Source: Spironucleus salmonicida (taxonomy: Eukaryota). From it: a stretch of 64,000 bases of DNA. Shown in pieces: positions 13,340-27,507 of this stretch. The notes under the pieces were generated by a model. It was not told the DNA's origin. It did no database searches and saw only the letters and a list, made by a program, of their open reading frames with translations. Both the position numbers and the translations under genes were made by a program. The DNA lies in contig NC_090602.1 in NCBI RefSeq assembly GCF_000497125.1, forward strand, positions 1-64,000, read 5' to 3'. Numbering within the stretch: position 1 is the stretch's first letter; each line of letters begins with the position of its first letter.

Positions 13340-16300
13340 TCATGCTAATTCAAAAATTCGATCTTCAGTCCCGGATAAAAACCCAGAATAGCTTGTTTAC
13401 TAATCATCTTTGCTTATAATAATACCTTTCACACGATAATCAACAAAACTAACAATCAAATTTCGCCTGTTTTTGGCCAAAATTAACCACAAATAAATTC
13501 CTGAAGCACAAAGTATAAATATAACTAGAAAGCCTATTACAATCCCTAATTACTAGATTCCAACATTTCGTTTAATCTCATCTCCAAATACTGGGAAAAT
13601 TAAATGTTCCATATTATAAACCACTAATGTATCCTCACATAATCGTGTTCGTGCATTGAAGTAATCTGATCTACAGTCATTAATGCACTCATAAAAGAGC
13701 CCACTTGGACGAAGTGCGAACGTGCAATTGGTGCATAAATTAGGTTAATCTTCTTCCTAACTAATAAAAGAATCACATTCGCCACCTTGATATGGGTTTA
13801 GAACCATTGACGGTTTCGAAATACATTCGCGCATGCTTGTCACGAATTCAAGTTTTGAGCAGCAAATAATAATTGAACCCACACAAGCTGGAGCCAGAAT
13901 CTTGCGGTTTTATACCATTTTGAACTGCTGATTACTTGCCATTTCCACGCAAATTCCACGCTTAAAATCACCAACAAGAGGTTCCGGGCATGCAAAAACA
14001 CAACCAGAATTAGTTGCAAAGAGTCCATCCTCGCATGAAGGACACTGTGGTGTATTAGGAAATTGCCAAGATGCATTAGTCACTGTTGATGTCGGACATT
14101 CATTTTGCGCTAAGCAACTGAAATCCGCTAAAATTTGGATAGAGGCGCAAAGATTAGGAGCAAAATCAACACATATTGTACCTTTTAAGACAATAATTGG
14201 AGCATCTGGATAAAACTTTTATAAAGATTTGCAGAGATCAGTGCAACGTGGATTCTACGTATCTGGTAGATAAGTATAAGGGTATGATACCAAATTATTT
14301 ACACCACAGTTTGAATCGCAAAAAAAATCGTTTTCTGGAGATAAAAACCACACCTTGCAGGTTGGAGAGTTTAATGAAACACAAAAATTTGAGCTATTGA
14401 TAAACGTATCCTGTGGGCAATTATCCTGGCACTAAACATATATTAATATACTAATTTAATAAACAGGAATAAATCTCTAATTTTTGCAAGATTTTACACA
14501 TCTAAATTATGTTTTCTCATCAATAATAAAAAAAGGCGGTAAACACTCGTCTATCTAGACTTCGAAACATTTACATGACTCCCCAAAACAGTTTACTAGT
14601 TAGCAGGTCTTATTCTCACTATATATAACTTTTTGTATAGGCTTATTTACACATGTATTCTTATAAACGATTTAATCCTCATTACACTTTTCAGAACATA
14701 CCTTCAAGTCAACTCCATTTATAGTTTATTCTAAAACAAAATTATGGAAATCTTAACATGCTCTTTCACAGAAGTAACCATAATAGTTATTGACAACATA
14801 AGTATTAACCAAAAAACCACAAGAATTACTACAAATACTATTAAACATAATAAAATTTTCTTGGTCTACAAGACAAACATCAATACAAAAATTATCTTAA
14901 AATGCCTTTGGTGAACACGAATCAACACATAAACTTGCAGATTCGTTCAAAAAATTAGGGCAAGAATCTATACATTCTGTAATTGTAATAGGTTTTCCAT
15001 CAAGAAATGTAAGAGTTATAATCTAACTGTACTAATTTTTACAATTCCCATCATTACAAATATATATAATATATCCTACTGAACTATCTTTAAAGAGCTA
15101 AAAAGTCATAGAATTACAAAATTGTGATATATTACTATATGCTAAACACTCAAAATATGATGTTGAAAATAGGTCACATTTAATACATTATTTCATATTA
15201 TCTCTAACTTTAACGTAAGTAAAAGGATTAAAACTACAGTTTTCTGTACATTAACCTTGAATATTGAATGGTAAAGAATTTACATTTAATTAGTCAAAAA
15301 TATAGTAAGGTTAATCGTAAATAAAGAATGGACATATCCATCTACAATGAATATCATTGATTAAATACATCATTTAACTACATTTAGAAGTACATTTGTT
15401 ATTTTCAATGATAAATGGACACTTGTCTATACAATTATTATATTAATCAATGAAAAATGTTTGGTTGCAAGATGACTGACAAATATTAGTTTAGTTAACT
15501 TGGTTCATTTTACATGATGGACTACATAATCTATAAGATCTATCAGATAGTGCTAAATAATTAAAAGGACATTCTAATTAACATTTTTGGTTTAAATTCC
15601 ATGTTGGAGCAGGGCAAAATACTAAAGTATAATTTTGATCAATCCTTTGCTCTTTATCTTTAAGACATGTCATATCCGCATAATTTAAGTAGAACCCTTC
15701 CTTGCAGATAGGAAGGCACACTTTTTATTTGCAAGTAACATCACATTCATTAGTCGCTATATTAAAACCACCATAAACACATGGTAAACAAGAATTTTTA
15801 TACCTTACTGTATTTTCACAAACTTTAACACATTATCCCGCCTATAAATATTATCCAGGCACGCAATCAACAAAAACATTATTTACATCGCAGGATTTTC
15901 CATTTTATATATAACCAACAGGGCATTGAGTAACACACTAATTATTAAGTTGCAAACAAGTGATAATACATGTTTCTCCTTACTTCTCAAATCCAATAGG
16001 GCAATTTAATATGCATTTCCCTTCATAAATAAAACCTTGACAAACACAGATTCTACTAATAGACTTATAATTTATTGGGCAATTTAGGAGACAATATTTA
16101 GCAACTATTCCTTGGTAGACACTATACCCTGAAGGACAGCTATTAACGCATTACATTCCAAAATATATTTAATTATAGTCTGGATTGCAGCTAGTGTTCA
16201 AAGTTCTATCATGGCATGACGCCCCAACACATAATTGTGTCATTTTACCATTATTTGAAATACAAAACTAATTTGGCATATCATAACATGGAATATAGCT

Positions 16301-19117
16301 CCCATTAATATACCAAGACGCATTTAATGCGTTTCTTACCTATTTCTCAAAAATAATAATGTCTTATCCTTATTGGTAAACTAATGTTAACTCAAATTTA
16401 TCATAAAGCTTGATAGTTGTAATATTAAGTTTAGTTATATCTTAAATATAATCAGTAAGCTAAATTAATCCGATAATAGACTATAATTGAGGATAGTCCT
16501 CTGAATTTTCATTTAAAGTTAATGTAGAGGATACTTAAACTTAAGAGTTATGAGAAAAAATAGATAATGCAGAAACTTTATAATTACCGCTAATATTAAT
16601 ATTTCCTGAGATATATATTTTTTTGAGCGTTGAATTAATTAATTGACTAAATAAAGCAATATTAATGCTCTAACAACCAGTAGTATCTAAATTACTGATA
16701 TTTAATATGAAAATTATATTTTCTATACTAGAATTAACCAAATCTATACCTGAAAAATTGCAGTATATACCTTATTATTTTTTAGTAAGACTTAATACAT
16801 TAATAATCTATGAATTAAAATTAAAATGTATATTTTCTGCAGTACAAAATTAATTTAATAAAGGTGTAAACAACTACATGCATCCTTGTGATTTTTTATT
16901 ATGAAAATAATTTTCAAAATCTTACGTTTATAACTCACATATACCATTGTGTTACGCAACACATGAATCTGTGCACTAACCATTTTTCATAATTAAATTA
17001 CATGAAGATGTACAAACTTGGAATTAATCATGATTAGAAGGACATATCTCTAAACAACTAAATTATCCATTTTCATAATTTATAAACTACGAACATAACG
17101 GCTAACAAAAATCCATTGTTATATTTAAAAATGTATTTAAAGGACACTTATATACACATTCTCTCGTTTATAGTACATAATACGTATCACATTTAATAAT
17201 AACTTAACCAAATATTGTATCCAGTCGTGCCTAATAAAACTATCCTCCAGATAGTGATTAGCTGCAATTTAACTATCCATTCACTAAATTATTCATAAAT
17301 TCACAAGAATCCATACATTCATAAGCATTTAATTGAGAATTTAAAGTAATAGCTTTAAACTTACTACACTAATTATTATCAATACAAATTTTCTAAGAAA
17401 TTGCATTTAACTCATATTTTCCAAAAGTACAATTATCTACGCACTAACTATTATTTAAAAATTGATTTTTACTACAACTATCTACGCAAAATATGCCAGA
17501 TTTATAAATAGGACAAGTTTTAACACATCTATCTCCAAGTAAAAATCTGTCACCATTGCAGTGAGTAACACACTAAATTTAACCAGAATCTAGTTTAATC
17601 TGACTTTAACATTCATCACACTTTGAGATACAGTTTGTGCTATTTTCTGATAAAATGGAGCATAGTTATGTACATTTTGATTAAATTGGATCAAAAAGTC
17701 TACATTAGACGCATTAAAAACTAATAATTTCATATCCAATATTACAATTATTGATACAAATTGAGTCTTAATAAACACCAGTTAAGCACGGTGTCTACCA
17801 GATATTATGTATCGCTAAAAAGAAGCTTATTGGAGGTGAATTTATACACAGCCCGCTGTATCCAGCAAATTCCGTGGGACATACCAAAAAGCATTGTTTT
17901 TAATGCAAAAATTCGTTTAAATTACATTTTTCTTTCCATATTCCATTAGAAATGACTTTATTTCCATTTAAATTTGTGCAGACAAAATTAACACTGCCAA
18001 AATACAAATCACAAACCGGCTAGCAATAAATTTCCTGCAAAACAAAAGGTTGAGGACAAACTTAGACCCACTTATTATTGAACAAAAACAATCCAGCCTT
18101 TGGAGGATATGAAATGCAAATATTCGAATCTACATCTAATCCAAATTTATTAGAGCAGCTATCCATACAATGATTTCCTTGAATTACCTTCCCTAAATCA
18201 CACTTTTCCACCCATACAAAGTCTTAAATTAGTGAAAAACTTGCATTCGGAGAACTTGAGAAGCAGTAATTGTTATATAATGTAGCAAACCCAAACTCGC
18301 AGCTTTTAACGCATTTAACACCTTGAATAAAGCCAAAATCGACTCCACAGACAGTAACCCAAACATTTTCTTAGATAAAACCATCACCTGTCGTGCTACA
18401 GATTGTACCCCCGTTATCGCCAAAATCGCCAGAACATGCGTCAACGCAGAATTGACCCTATGACTTTCCAGGACAGCTTTCGACATAAAGTCCATCCAGG
18501 ACGAAATCGCTAGAAATAGTGCAAAACCCATCTGAATCTGCACCGATTTCGCATTTCTCTATGCAGAAGCTTCCCTTCCTAAAATGCGCACAGCCGGACT
18601 AGAACTGGCCGTCGATTCCAATCAAATTTCCAACACTGGAAACGCAACTTCCGCTGTAAGAATTTGTCATCTCGGGGCAACTTTTCACGCACGAAAAATT
18701 GAAGCGAAAACTCAAACTGTCGCAGGAATCTACGCAAACATCGCCGTTTTTGAACGCAGGAGCGCAGGAAACGCACTCGCTACCGACCAAAATGCGATTT
18801 GAGCTACACGTTGAAACGCAAAATTTGTAATCGCCGTCTTGCGAAAAAAACTGCGGACAGGCCTCGACTTTTGCGCCATTCAGCACGAACGCGCCCTTTG
18901 AAATTTAGCACGTGTGCGACACATTGATTTTCGGGAGGGTGCATGCTGGAACGCAGACGTTTTCATCTTTCAAGTCGCAGGACGTCTCGGGCTGGCAGTA
19001 AAAATTCAGAAAAGGAATTTGCCCAGCCGGACAAATGAGTTCACAGCCCGCATTCGTAAAAATGAGAGGTGGGTTGCAGCGGGGGCAAGAAAACATAGAC
19101 TGGAATATTAAGATCAT
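13340..19117 (-). CDS. Cysteine-rich membrane protein (CRMP/HCMP-like surface protein), about 1925 aa
   Basis: Starts MILIFQSMFSCPRC and carries dozens of CxxxC/CxxC repeats. A non-Cys central domain lies at about 16300-16900. C-terminal TM helix LGIVIGFLVIFILCASGIYLWLIL, short tail, TGA at 13340. Start and stop are in frame; the interior was only spot-checked. Confidence 0.85.
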
Positions 19118-22100
19118 TTTGGAGGGACAAAGTAAGCTAGATAATAAAATAATAAGTTATTGAAAATTTGCAAAAGTGAATTATATGATAATATACTATG
19201 AATATATATTTATGATTTTCAGTTTGTTTAGTAATTCTGTAATTAATATAAATAGTGTAGTTAAAGTTTTAGAAAATGTGATCTGTACAAAAAAAATAGT
19301 TATTCTATAATGGTAGAATAGTCAATAAGTTTGTTTTGATTCAAAGTTAAAAGTTGATTTAACTCAGTAAAATAGTATAATATCGGTCCTTATATTTGTT
19401 GAGAAGAATTAATTGTATTGGCAATGATATAAACACATTTATCATGTTAATTAATATAAAATTTATCGAAAGAAGCCAATATATTCTGAATCGTTAAAAC
19501 AAATATTTGATAAAATAACAAGACATTTTAATAAAATTTAATGCTACCTACACTCAATTATCTAATTATTTTATTAAATTACGAGTATTATGAATAAATT
19601 TTAATACAACCAATATTACAGAATTCAGATCATAAGCCACTAATAATTATTAATCATATAATGTAGAGCATCTACATTATTATTGTTATAAGTGAAACAC
19701 ATAAATCTATAATTTTCCATGATTCTGTATTCCTGGATAAAGATAGAAGATTAAGTAATAATTTTCACCAATAATTAATTAAATACAAGTTTTCCTTTAA
19801 CTCCATTTATGTTATATAAATTTACATCTTAATTTATCAATTATTGAAAAGTATATTGAGAAACTCAAGTAGTCCTGGATATGTACAAGATTATGACGAT
19901 AGGTATATATGTCTAATCTTTAATACATTTGTATTTTAATAAACAGAATACCCAAATGAAGATACTTATTAAATTGAACCATCCACTATCAGTAGTAACT
20001 GTTTTTTCCACTATGCTAAAACTAGTGGTTGTTGAATTATGTTTTATAACCTCAATGTTTAAAATCTATGCAGATTCATCTAATAATAACGCTATTAGGT
20101 TAAATTAAAGTATTATATAGCTAAAAATAACAGTAGAAGCAAAATCAATGGCAGTTTTATATGTTTCTATTATTATACAATATCTCATGTTATGTTGCTA
20201 ATATCCATTGGTAGTAAATATGGTATAACATATTAACTTCTATCATCGCTTAGATCTAAAGATATAATATTTCTATTAAAATTAAATCTTATATTGCTAT
20301 GAATAAAATCATGTAATGAATTATAGTATAGCTCCTATGTTATACTTTAACATTTAAAATCATCCATAGAATAATACAGATACTACAAATGTTCTGATTA
20401 ACTTTAAGCAAAAATATACTTATATAATCTTCAATAATATTAGAACCCTTGTCGCAATAGAAATATTGATTCTTAGTATTTTAAGAAAAATAAAACTAGT
20501 GCGAATAATGAATATGGTGTATTGTCCATTTAACAACTTTAATTTGAGTATATAGCATTGTAAAGTCTGTTTCAATTATAGATAGCTTATATTCGTTGTG
20601 ATGGTCCCATTTTCTACTTAAGCTCTATGTTACAACAAAAAATACGGTTTTACATAATCTAATTATGTGACGTTATTCTAACTTGTTTGAGCAGATTGAC
20701 ATATCCTTTTCTATTATAATATATTTAAGCCTATTATTTCTAGCTTACTAACAAAAACTTATAATAAAATTATTGGATATACTACAAATATTTTTAATAT
20801 TTAACAACATAAATAATACTATCAGCATCCCAAATTATACCTTATACGTTATGTTAGATGTTGTATAGAGGTAGTATATTTTATGGGATCATAATATTAT
20901 TTAATTCTATTATGATAACAAGTTATAAACATAATTTTATATTATGAGTATATATCATACCTATTTTGTCGCATAGCCCAGCCTAATTAAGCATATTAAA
21001 ACTTGGTTTTTAATTAAATCATTAATACACCAAAATACATATTCCATCTAGTTATAGCTGTTTAATTACACTATCTCTAATTTGAGCAGTACATTAAAAA
21101 TGGTTCGAATAGCTAGATATACTTCATTTTTAATGAAATTACAATCTTTAGAATTGTTGTTAACTCAAATTAAATTTAAAAGTCATTAGTAAAACGCAAG
21201 TTTAACTTATTAGATAAAATTGAAACAACTAAATATTATTATAGACAATAAAACAATACTTCACTGTATGCTAAAATTTTGATAGTACTATAAGTTAATT
21301 TTTGTTATTCTTAAATAATGTATCTATTATATAATTTCAAATTCAATTGTAATTACACATATGATACAGTTTATATAATTTAGTTATCTTTTCTTTTTTT
21401 GGAAAATCTATCAATACTATAAAATAATTTATTATTAAGCAAAAATAACTTTTTTTAACTGTTGAAACATCGTAAATTAATATTTTTTTCTAATATACGT
21501 TATTCTAACTTTAATACTGTTAAACCTCATATGTTCTACATTCATTTGTTAACTATTCTGGATAATAATTTGGTAATAGTTATCTACGGGCTAAATATGT
21601 ATGAATACCTTCGTATCCATACGTCAATCAGAAAATTTTACCAATATCATTAAATAAATCCGAAAAAATTATTTCTTTTATTTTTTGCAAAATTTTAACT
21701 CTATTTAACATTGTTTTAACTATATATAACTTACCTCGGTAATAAATACTAAAACACGTTTCAGCTATTTAATTATTGCATTAACAGCAAAGAGCTAATT
21801 TATTTTATAAAATATTGACATCTATCACGCGAAATTCATCTATAGTAATTCTAATTTGTTCATAAAAAATAAAATTGCAGAGATTGTATAATGTATAATG
21901 TGTAATGTTCGCATTATGTTTTTAATATTAAAAATAATATATTAATCACATATATCATTAAAAATTAATATTTTTTTTCATTGAGTAAGCTAATAGAAAG
22001 ACTGAATTGGTATTAGTATTAAGCACTAGCATTCATAGTTAATTAATGATAATCAAAATGTTTTGATTAAATGTCATGTTGTTAGAATCTAGAATTCACT

Positions 22101-22348
22101 AAATTCCCTTAGAATCATTATAAATTATACTCAAAATACTCACATTTAAATCTCTATATATCTTAAGTTTTGATGGTTATATTCCAGTCCATGTTAAAGT
22201 ATACAAGTCAATATCCTTAAAGTTCAAATATTTTAATGAAATTTTAACAATTCAAAAGATCTTCAGGATTAATTACTTTTATATCTATTAATGTCCTGAT
22301 CCGTATCTTACTTTTTTTCTAAACAATCTTTAGTTTAATAGATTATTA

Positions 22349-23494
22349 TCAGTGGAATGTCTTCTCCAACATTGTCTCTATTAATTTCTCGCCGTGCTAT
22401 ATTAACTTTTTATCCATAGTTAGTTATTATATACCTGTTTTTCCTACTGTACACTTTATATCATTTATTAAATCAATAAAAACTGTACCCTATTCGTATC
22501 CTAAATACTCTTTTATTTCATTTTGTGCATCCCTAATTTTATTAGTCAAGTCTTCGTTTTATAGTTTCTCCTTTTTGTAATAATTTAACTTTTTCTAAAT
22601 TAGTAAATCTTTTTTATTATTGTATATTAAATTTGGCTGATAGATAAAAGTATTATCTATAAATTAAGAAACATCACAAATATTATATCTAGCACAATAC
22701 TAGTTTCTTGATTGAAATAACTTATTCTATAAAATTATATTGACAGTTGGTCGATTACAAAAATTTTTCTCGAGCATTTAAGTAACCAGATTACAGAACT
22801 CAGAAGATAGTTAGTTGGTCAAAGGATGAAAGCCTGCATTCTGTATTTGATTGTATAACTCATTTTTGCATCTGCCATTAAAAGGGTACATGCCAGTTGC
22901 ACATTTATATATTAGAACTCCAAGAGCCCATATATCGACACCAAATCCATATTATTATTAATACAATATCTCCGGTGCCAAAAACATCGGTGTTCCATCC
23001 AAATTATCTGTAGTATCCTTTATCTTTCTAGACAGGCCAAAATCACAAATAGTGAATCTCCCAATCTTGTAGTTCTTATCTGGCATAATAACGACGTTAG
23101 CAGGTTTAATATCTCTATGAACTATATTATTCTAATGAAGATAATGGAGTCCTAATAATATATGATGAGTAATTGTTAGTAGTACTTTTTCAGACAATTT
23201 ACCACCTTATTTTGCTAACTATAGTTCTAAATCCCCAAATTCTGCTAATTCCTAAACTTAGTAAATTGAATTATCTTTCTAAAAAAAATCTAGCTGCTAA
23301 ACAATAAAAGGATGTTTTAGTTACGAAATTAGATGACATTCATCTATAACTATTTATTTATGATACTCTGTAGTCGACTATAGCGTTATTTATTTTAATA
23401 CAACTTTTGATTAGCTAGATAGGTCATATGCTTCATATGTACTACCTTAACTTCCATTACCTAATAAGGAAATCATCTGATAGTTATCATACAT
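22349..23494 (-). CDS. Ser/Thr protein kinase, NEK-like (381 aa)
   Basis: LGNGSQGSTY, VVLK, HRDIKPAN, DFGLSR, GTPMFLAPE and DIWALG motifs under code 6. Confidence 0.9.
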
Positions 23495-23582
23495 TAATGA
23501 AGTACAAAATAAGCTGGCAACCCATAAAACTGATGTCAAAAGTTCAAATATATTTAATTATATATAGTTATATGAATAAAAC

Positions 23583-23945
23583 TCAGAAGTTATTTTCAAA
23601 TTCTTATACGTAGATTAATTAATAACTTAGATCGTTATAAAGCAAAATGTTTGTGTGTTCAATTCGATTAAACTTAGTTTCATTAAGTAAGATAAACTCT
23701 TCAGGTTATCTATTAGACGCAGTTGAAATCAACCAATGTTCAAACGATTTAACCTGCTTTAACAGACATTTTTGAAACAAATAATAGGCTGCGTTTATAA
23801 TTATTGATGCACATTCACCAAAACTTTCAAAAAGGGCTTCGTACGCAAGTCTTTTCTGCTCTATTGTAATATCATTCTGCAATAAGATTTCGAGTGCGTT
23901 AAGTTTACTTGGGTTGGAATACTTAAGTTTTCGTGTTAATTTCAT
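23583..23945 (-). CDS. Hypothetical protein (120 aa)
   Basis: ATG 23945 to TGA 23583 (MKLTRKLKYSNPSK...), filling the gap between the two kinase genes. Confidence 0.6.
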
Positions 23946-23976
23946 TTTGCAATATATTATACATATTATATAATTT

Positions 23977-25005
23977 TCACATAAAGCCTTCAAATAATTT
24001 ATTGATACCAGCTTCTGTTGTTGGAATATCTGCACATTCGCCAGCATCTTTCATATCTTATATTTCAACTTCATCATCAACTAATTCTTCGGCTGCATCT
24101 GCCCAAAATTCTAGATCTTAATCATTTTTAACCACTGGTACAATAGGAGGTTTTACTAACTTTTTCTCAATGTATCCCCAATTAACTCCTGTAAAAAATG
24201 GATGACCCTTGATATCTTTTGTTCCAGTCAATACATTTGAGCCTAAACGCTTGTCCTTATCTTATTATAGTAATTTCAGTATAAAATCAACAGCATTTGG
24301 TTCGATTCCCTTTGGAAATGCTATTTTTCCAACTAGAATTTTCTTACATACTGCTTAAGCATCATCATCATAAAATGGTGGTACTCCACATAAAAGTTCG
24401 TATGTCAAAATTCCAAGACTCCACCAATCTGTTGATTTATTATGTCCAATACACTTAATAACTTCTGGTGAAAGATATTCTGGTGTCCCAAGCAGTGTAA
24501 ACGTTAAATTCTAGGTTTGTTTAGCGAACCCAAAATCAGACAATTTAACATGTCCTTTCTTGTCTAGTAATACATTTTCTGGCTTCAAATCTCTGTAAAT
24601 ACATCCAAGCTTATCATGGCAGTTCCCCAGTGCAACAACTAATTCAGCAATATAAAAACGGGCAACTTCGTTTGTAAACTTTCCAAACTTACGTAAATGG
24701 TAGAAAAGCTCACCACCAGGAACAAATTCAAATACTAAATGCACATGTGTTGATGTTATTAAGGTCTGATATAGCTTTACTATAAATGGGCTAATCGCTT
24801 ATTTCAGCAAATTTGCCTCATTTTATGTATTTGTGACCTAGTTCATCATAATAAGCTTGATTTTATTAAGCGACTTCATCGCATAAATTGCATTATTTGC
24901 AGTATTTCTAACTAAATTAACTTTTCCAAAGGATCCGGCTGCTATAAGTTATATGACTTGATATGACTCGAGTGTTGAATCTGATGGAGGGGCAGGCGTT
25001 GCCAT
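23977..25005 (-). CDS. PKA-C: cAMP-dependent protein kinase catalytic subunit-like AGC kinase (342 aa)
   Basis: [61 protein letters not shown] and the C-terminal hydrophobic motif LFEGF. Confidence 0.9.
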
Positions 25006-25184
25006 TAAAATGAAGTGGAGATTTATCCATATATAAAAATAATAATTTAGCATGCATAAAATTCAAATTTTATTATAATATAATATTTATACTAATTTAA
25101 AATTTACAATAAGAATAATGATAGTAAATAATATTAAATAATATATTTCCCAGTAATAATACCAGTTGGGTCGAAATTAATAAA

Positions 25185-25730
25185 TCACCATCTCAAACCA
25201 TGGAGCTGACGTTTACGACCCTTGCATCCAGAACCGTGGCCCTTAGCTACAACTGAGCTAGAGATACCAGCGGAACCGAATTTCTTATAAGTTGCTCTGT
25301 GAGAACGCTTACCTTATACCATGAAGACGTTTTCCATCTTAGGATTTTCGAGGATGAGATCATCAAAAGTGATACACTTACCGCCGAATTTTTCGATGTG
25401 AGCTTTAGCAGTAGCAGTGAACTTAAGTGCACAAACGGTCATCTTGGGGATTTCGATGACACGGGGGTCATTTGTAACTGTAGATACAAGAACTAAAGTT
25501 TTACCTTGCTGGTTCTTGGAGATGGAGGCAAGACGAGAGGTTGAGACAGAAGGTTAATTAGTCTGAGACTGACACATACGCTTAGCAATGAGAGCGATGT
25601 CCTTGTTCTCAACTTTCTCAGCAGCCTGGGCATACACAGACTGGATAACATTCTTATAATGGTTATCAGTGTGAGGAGTAGTACGCTTGATAGTACGTTT
25701 ACGATCACCGGATTAAAGTTAAATACCCAT
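25185..25730 (-). CDS. RPL18: 60S ribosomal protein L18 (eL18), 181 aa
   Basis: MGIQL...KRMCQSQTNQPSVSTSRL...KTLVLVSTVTNDPRVIEIPKMTVCALKFTATAKAHIEKFGGKCITFDDL matches the eL18 pattern. Biased, GC-richer codon usage. Confidence 0.93.
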
Positions 25731-25802
25731 GCGCGAGGAGTGGAAATAAAAAATTAAAATAAATAAATATTATTATAAGTATAAAATATTATTATAATAA
25801 AA

Positions 25803-27389
25803 TCATTATTTTTTTTCGTTACGATTAAATATTCCCTCCATCTTAATCTTCCAGAACTCTACCTAAAAATTTTCAAATTCATCCAAAAATGACTCTGCCA
25901 AACTTATTCCAAACGAGTAAATTTTTTTCCTGTAAAATACAACCTAAGGGAGCAATCGCTTATAAAACACTCGACTCTCTAAATCCATGATTCTATTATT
26001 CTGACAATCAACCAATATACCGCAAAAATACTCCAACCTTCCTATAGAATCTAAAATCATATCATCTGATTTAGTGAATGTATTATTTTTTGCAGCATAA
26101 ATGAACATCACTTTGTCAGTATTTTCATCGTTTCCAATGATGAATAATTATTTATTAAAATAATACACATTGGTGAACTCAAGAATTTCAGAAAAGCCTT
26201 ACGCCTTTGAAAACAAGTTTCCTTATAATATGTATAAATTAACAACATCCTGTTAAGCAAGTATATAAAGTTGCTTATTTGCAATGAAGTATTAAAAGAA
26301 ACAGTTTTAAAATGGTAAATTACAAAAAAGCTTTAAATTTTCATCGAATATCTAGAAATTACTAATTCCAAACCGCTTTCCGTCAATTACGAAATACTCT
26401 CTTGGTGCTTTTTATCCCAACACCTCCATACTGGAAATCGAGCCCAAATCGTTGATTCCCAAGAAGTAGCGATCATAAACACCATAGAATAATCCATTTA
26501 AGTAAAATTTAAAGTTAAAATACTCAAAATTTACCAATTAGCCGATTTTCACCTCCGAAACTATATTAATTGCGCACTCATAGTCAATAACTAGTGGTCG
26601 CGGGATGTTAGGATTAGTCTGCAAGAAACTTCTTGAAAACTGTATATAACTAGAACGCTCGAAGAGACTCGATTCCTGCATCAAAACCAGCTCCTTCTGG
26701 ATCTCGACTTTGGACTTCTTCTCGTCGAGCATTTTGCGGTAAAACGCTATTTTGTCGAACGATATGAAGCACTGTGCGCTGTAAACGAAGTGCCGGGATA
26801 CGTCCTCCTTCTCGATTTGGTCTGATTTAATGCGTTACAGGCTGTCAAGGTTTAGCGGCTGTTTGAAGTTCTCATCCAAGAGGAGCTGGTCCACCCGATG
26901 GCACAAGGTGCTCTCGTAAGTGCAGGAATTTACCATGGTAAATGTCGCATCCAGCTTCACTACCGTAGCTCCGTCTACTAAAATAAAGCATTCGGAATCC
27001 GTGAATACCTGCCGAGGGGCAAGCTCAATGCTACGTAAGAACACCAGTGCACTTTCCTCTAGTACGAAGCACTTGCGGCCTATGAAGACGAAAATCCCCC
27101 CGTTCAACTGCGCCAGAATCGCGTTTTCGGCTACCTCGCAAATGCGAATATCGGATGTTTCTGTGAGATGGAAAAGTGTTGTTTAGTTGAAACGGTCGCG
27201 GCCGATTGTGAATGTCCCTGCCTCGCCCACGATCGGTTCGTTGTAGATCGAAGTGCCTGAAAACAGATCAGATTCGGTGGTATTCTGGACATTAAGCTGC
27301 AAATCTAGGTGGTAAATGTGGCCGCTGTTGTGCGCCGAAAATGCACCGTTGGAGTATATCAGGTTAGAAAATTACTGTGGTGAAATCAT
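25803..27389 (-). CDS. Hypothetical protein (528 aa), beta-strand-rich
   Basis: ATG 27389 to TGA 25803; the track ORFs 26835-27107 and 26538-26732 are in frame. Confidence 0.75.
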
Positions 27390-27507
27390 TTTTTATAATA
27401 AATAATAATATTAGGATAAATACATAATAAATGTAAATTTTATTTTCATAGACTAATATGAGAATTTGGAAAGAGACTGCACTTGGATAGTCGTTAAAAT
27501 CAAAGTT

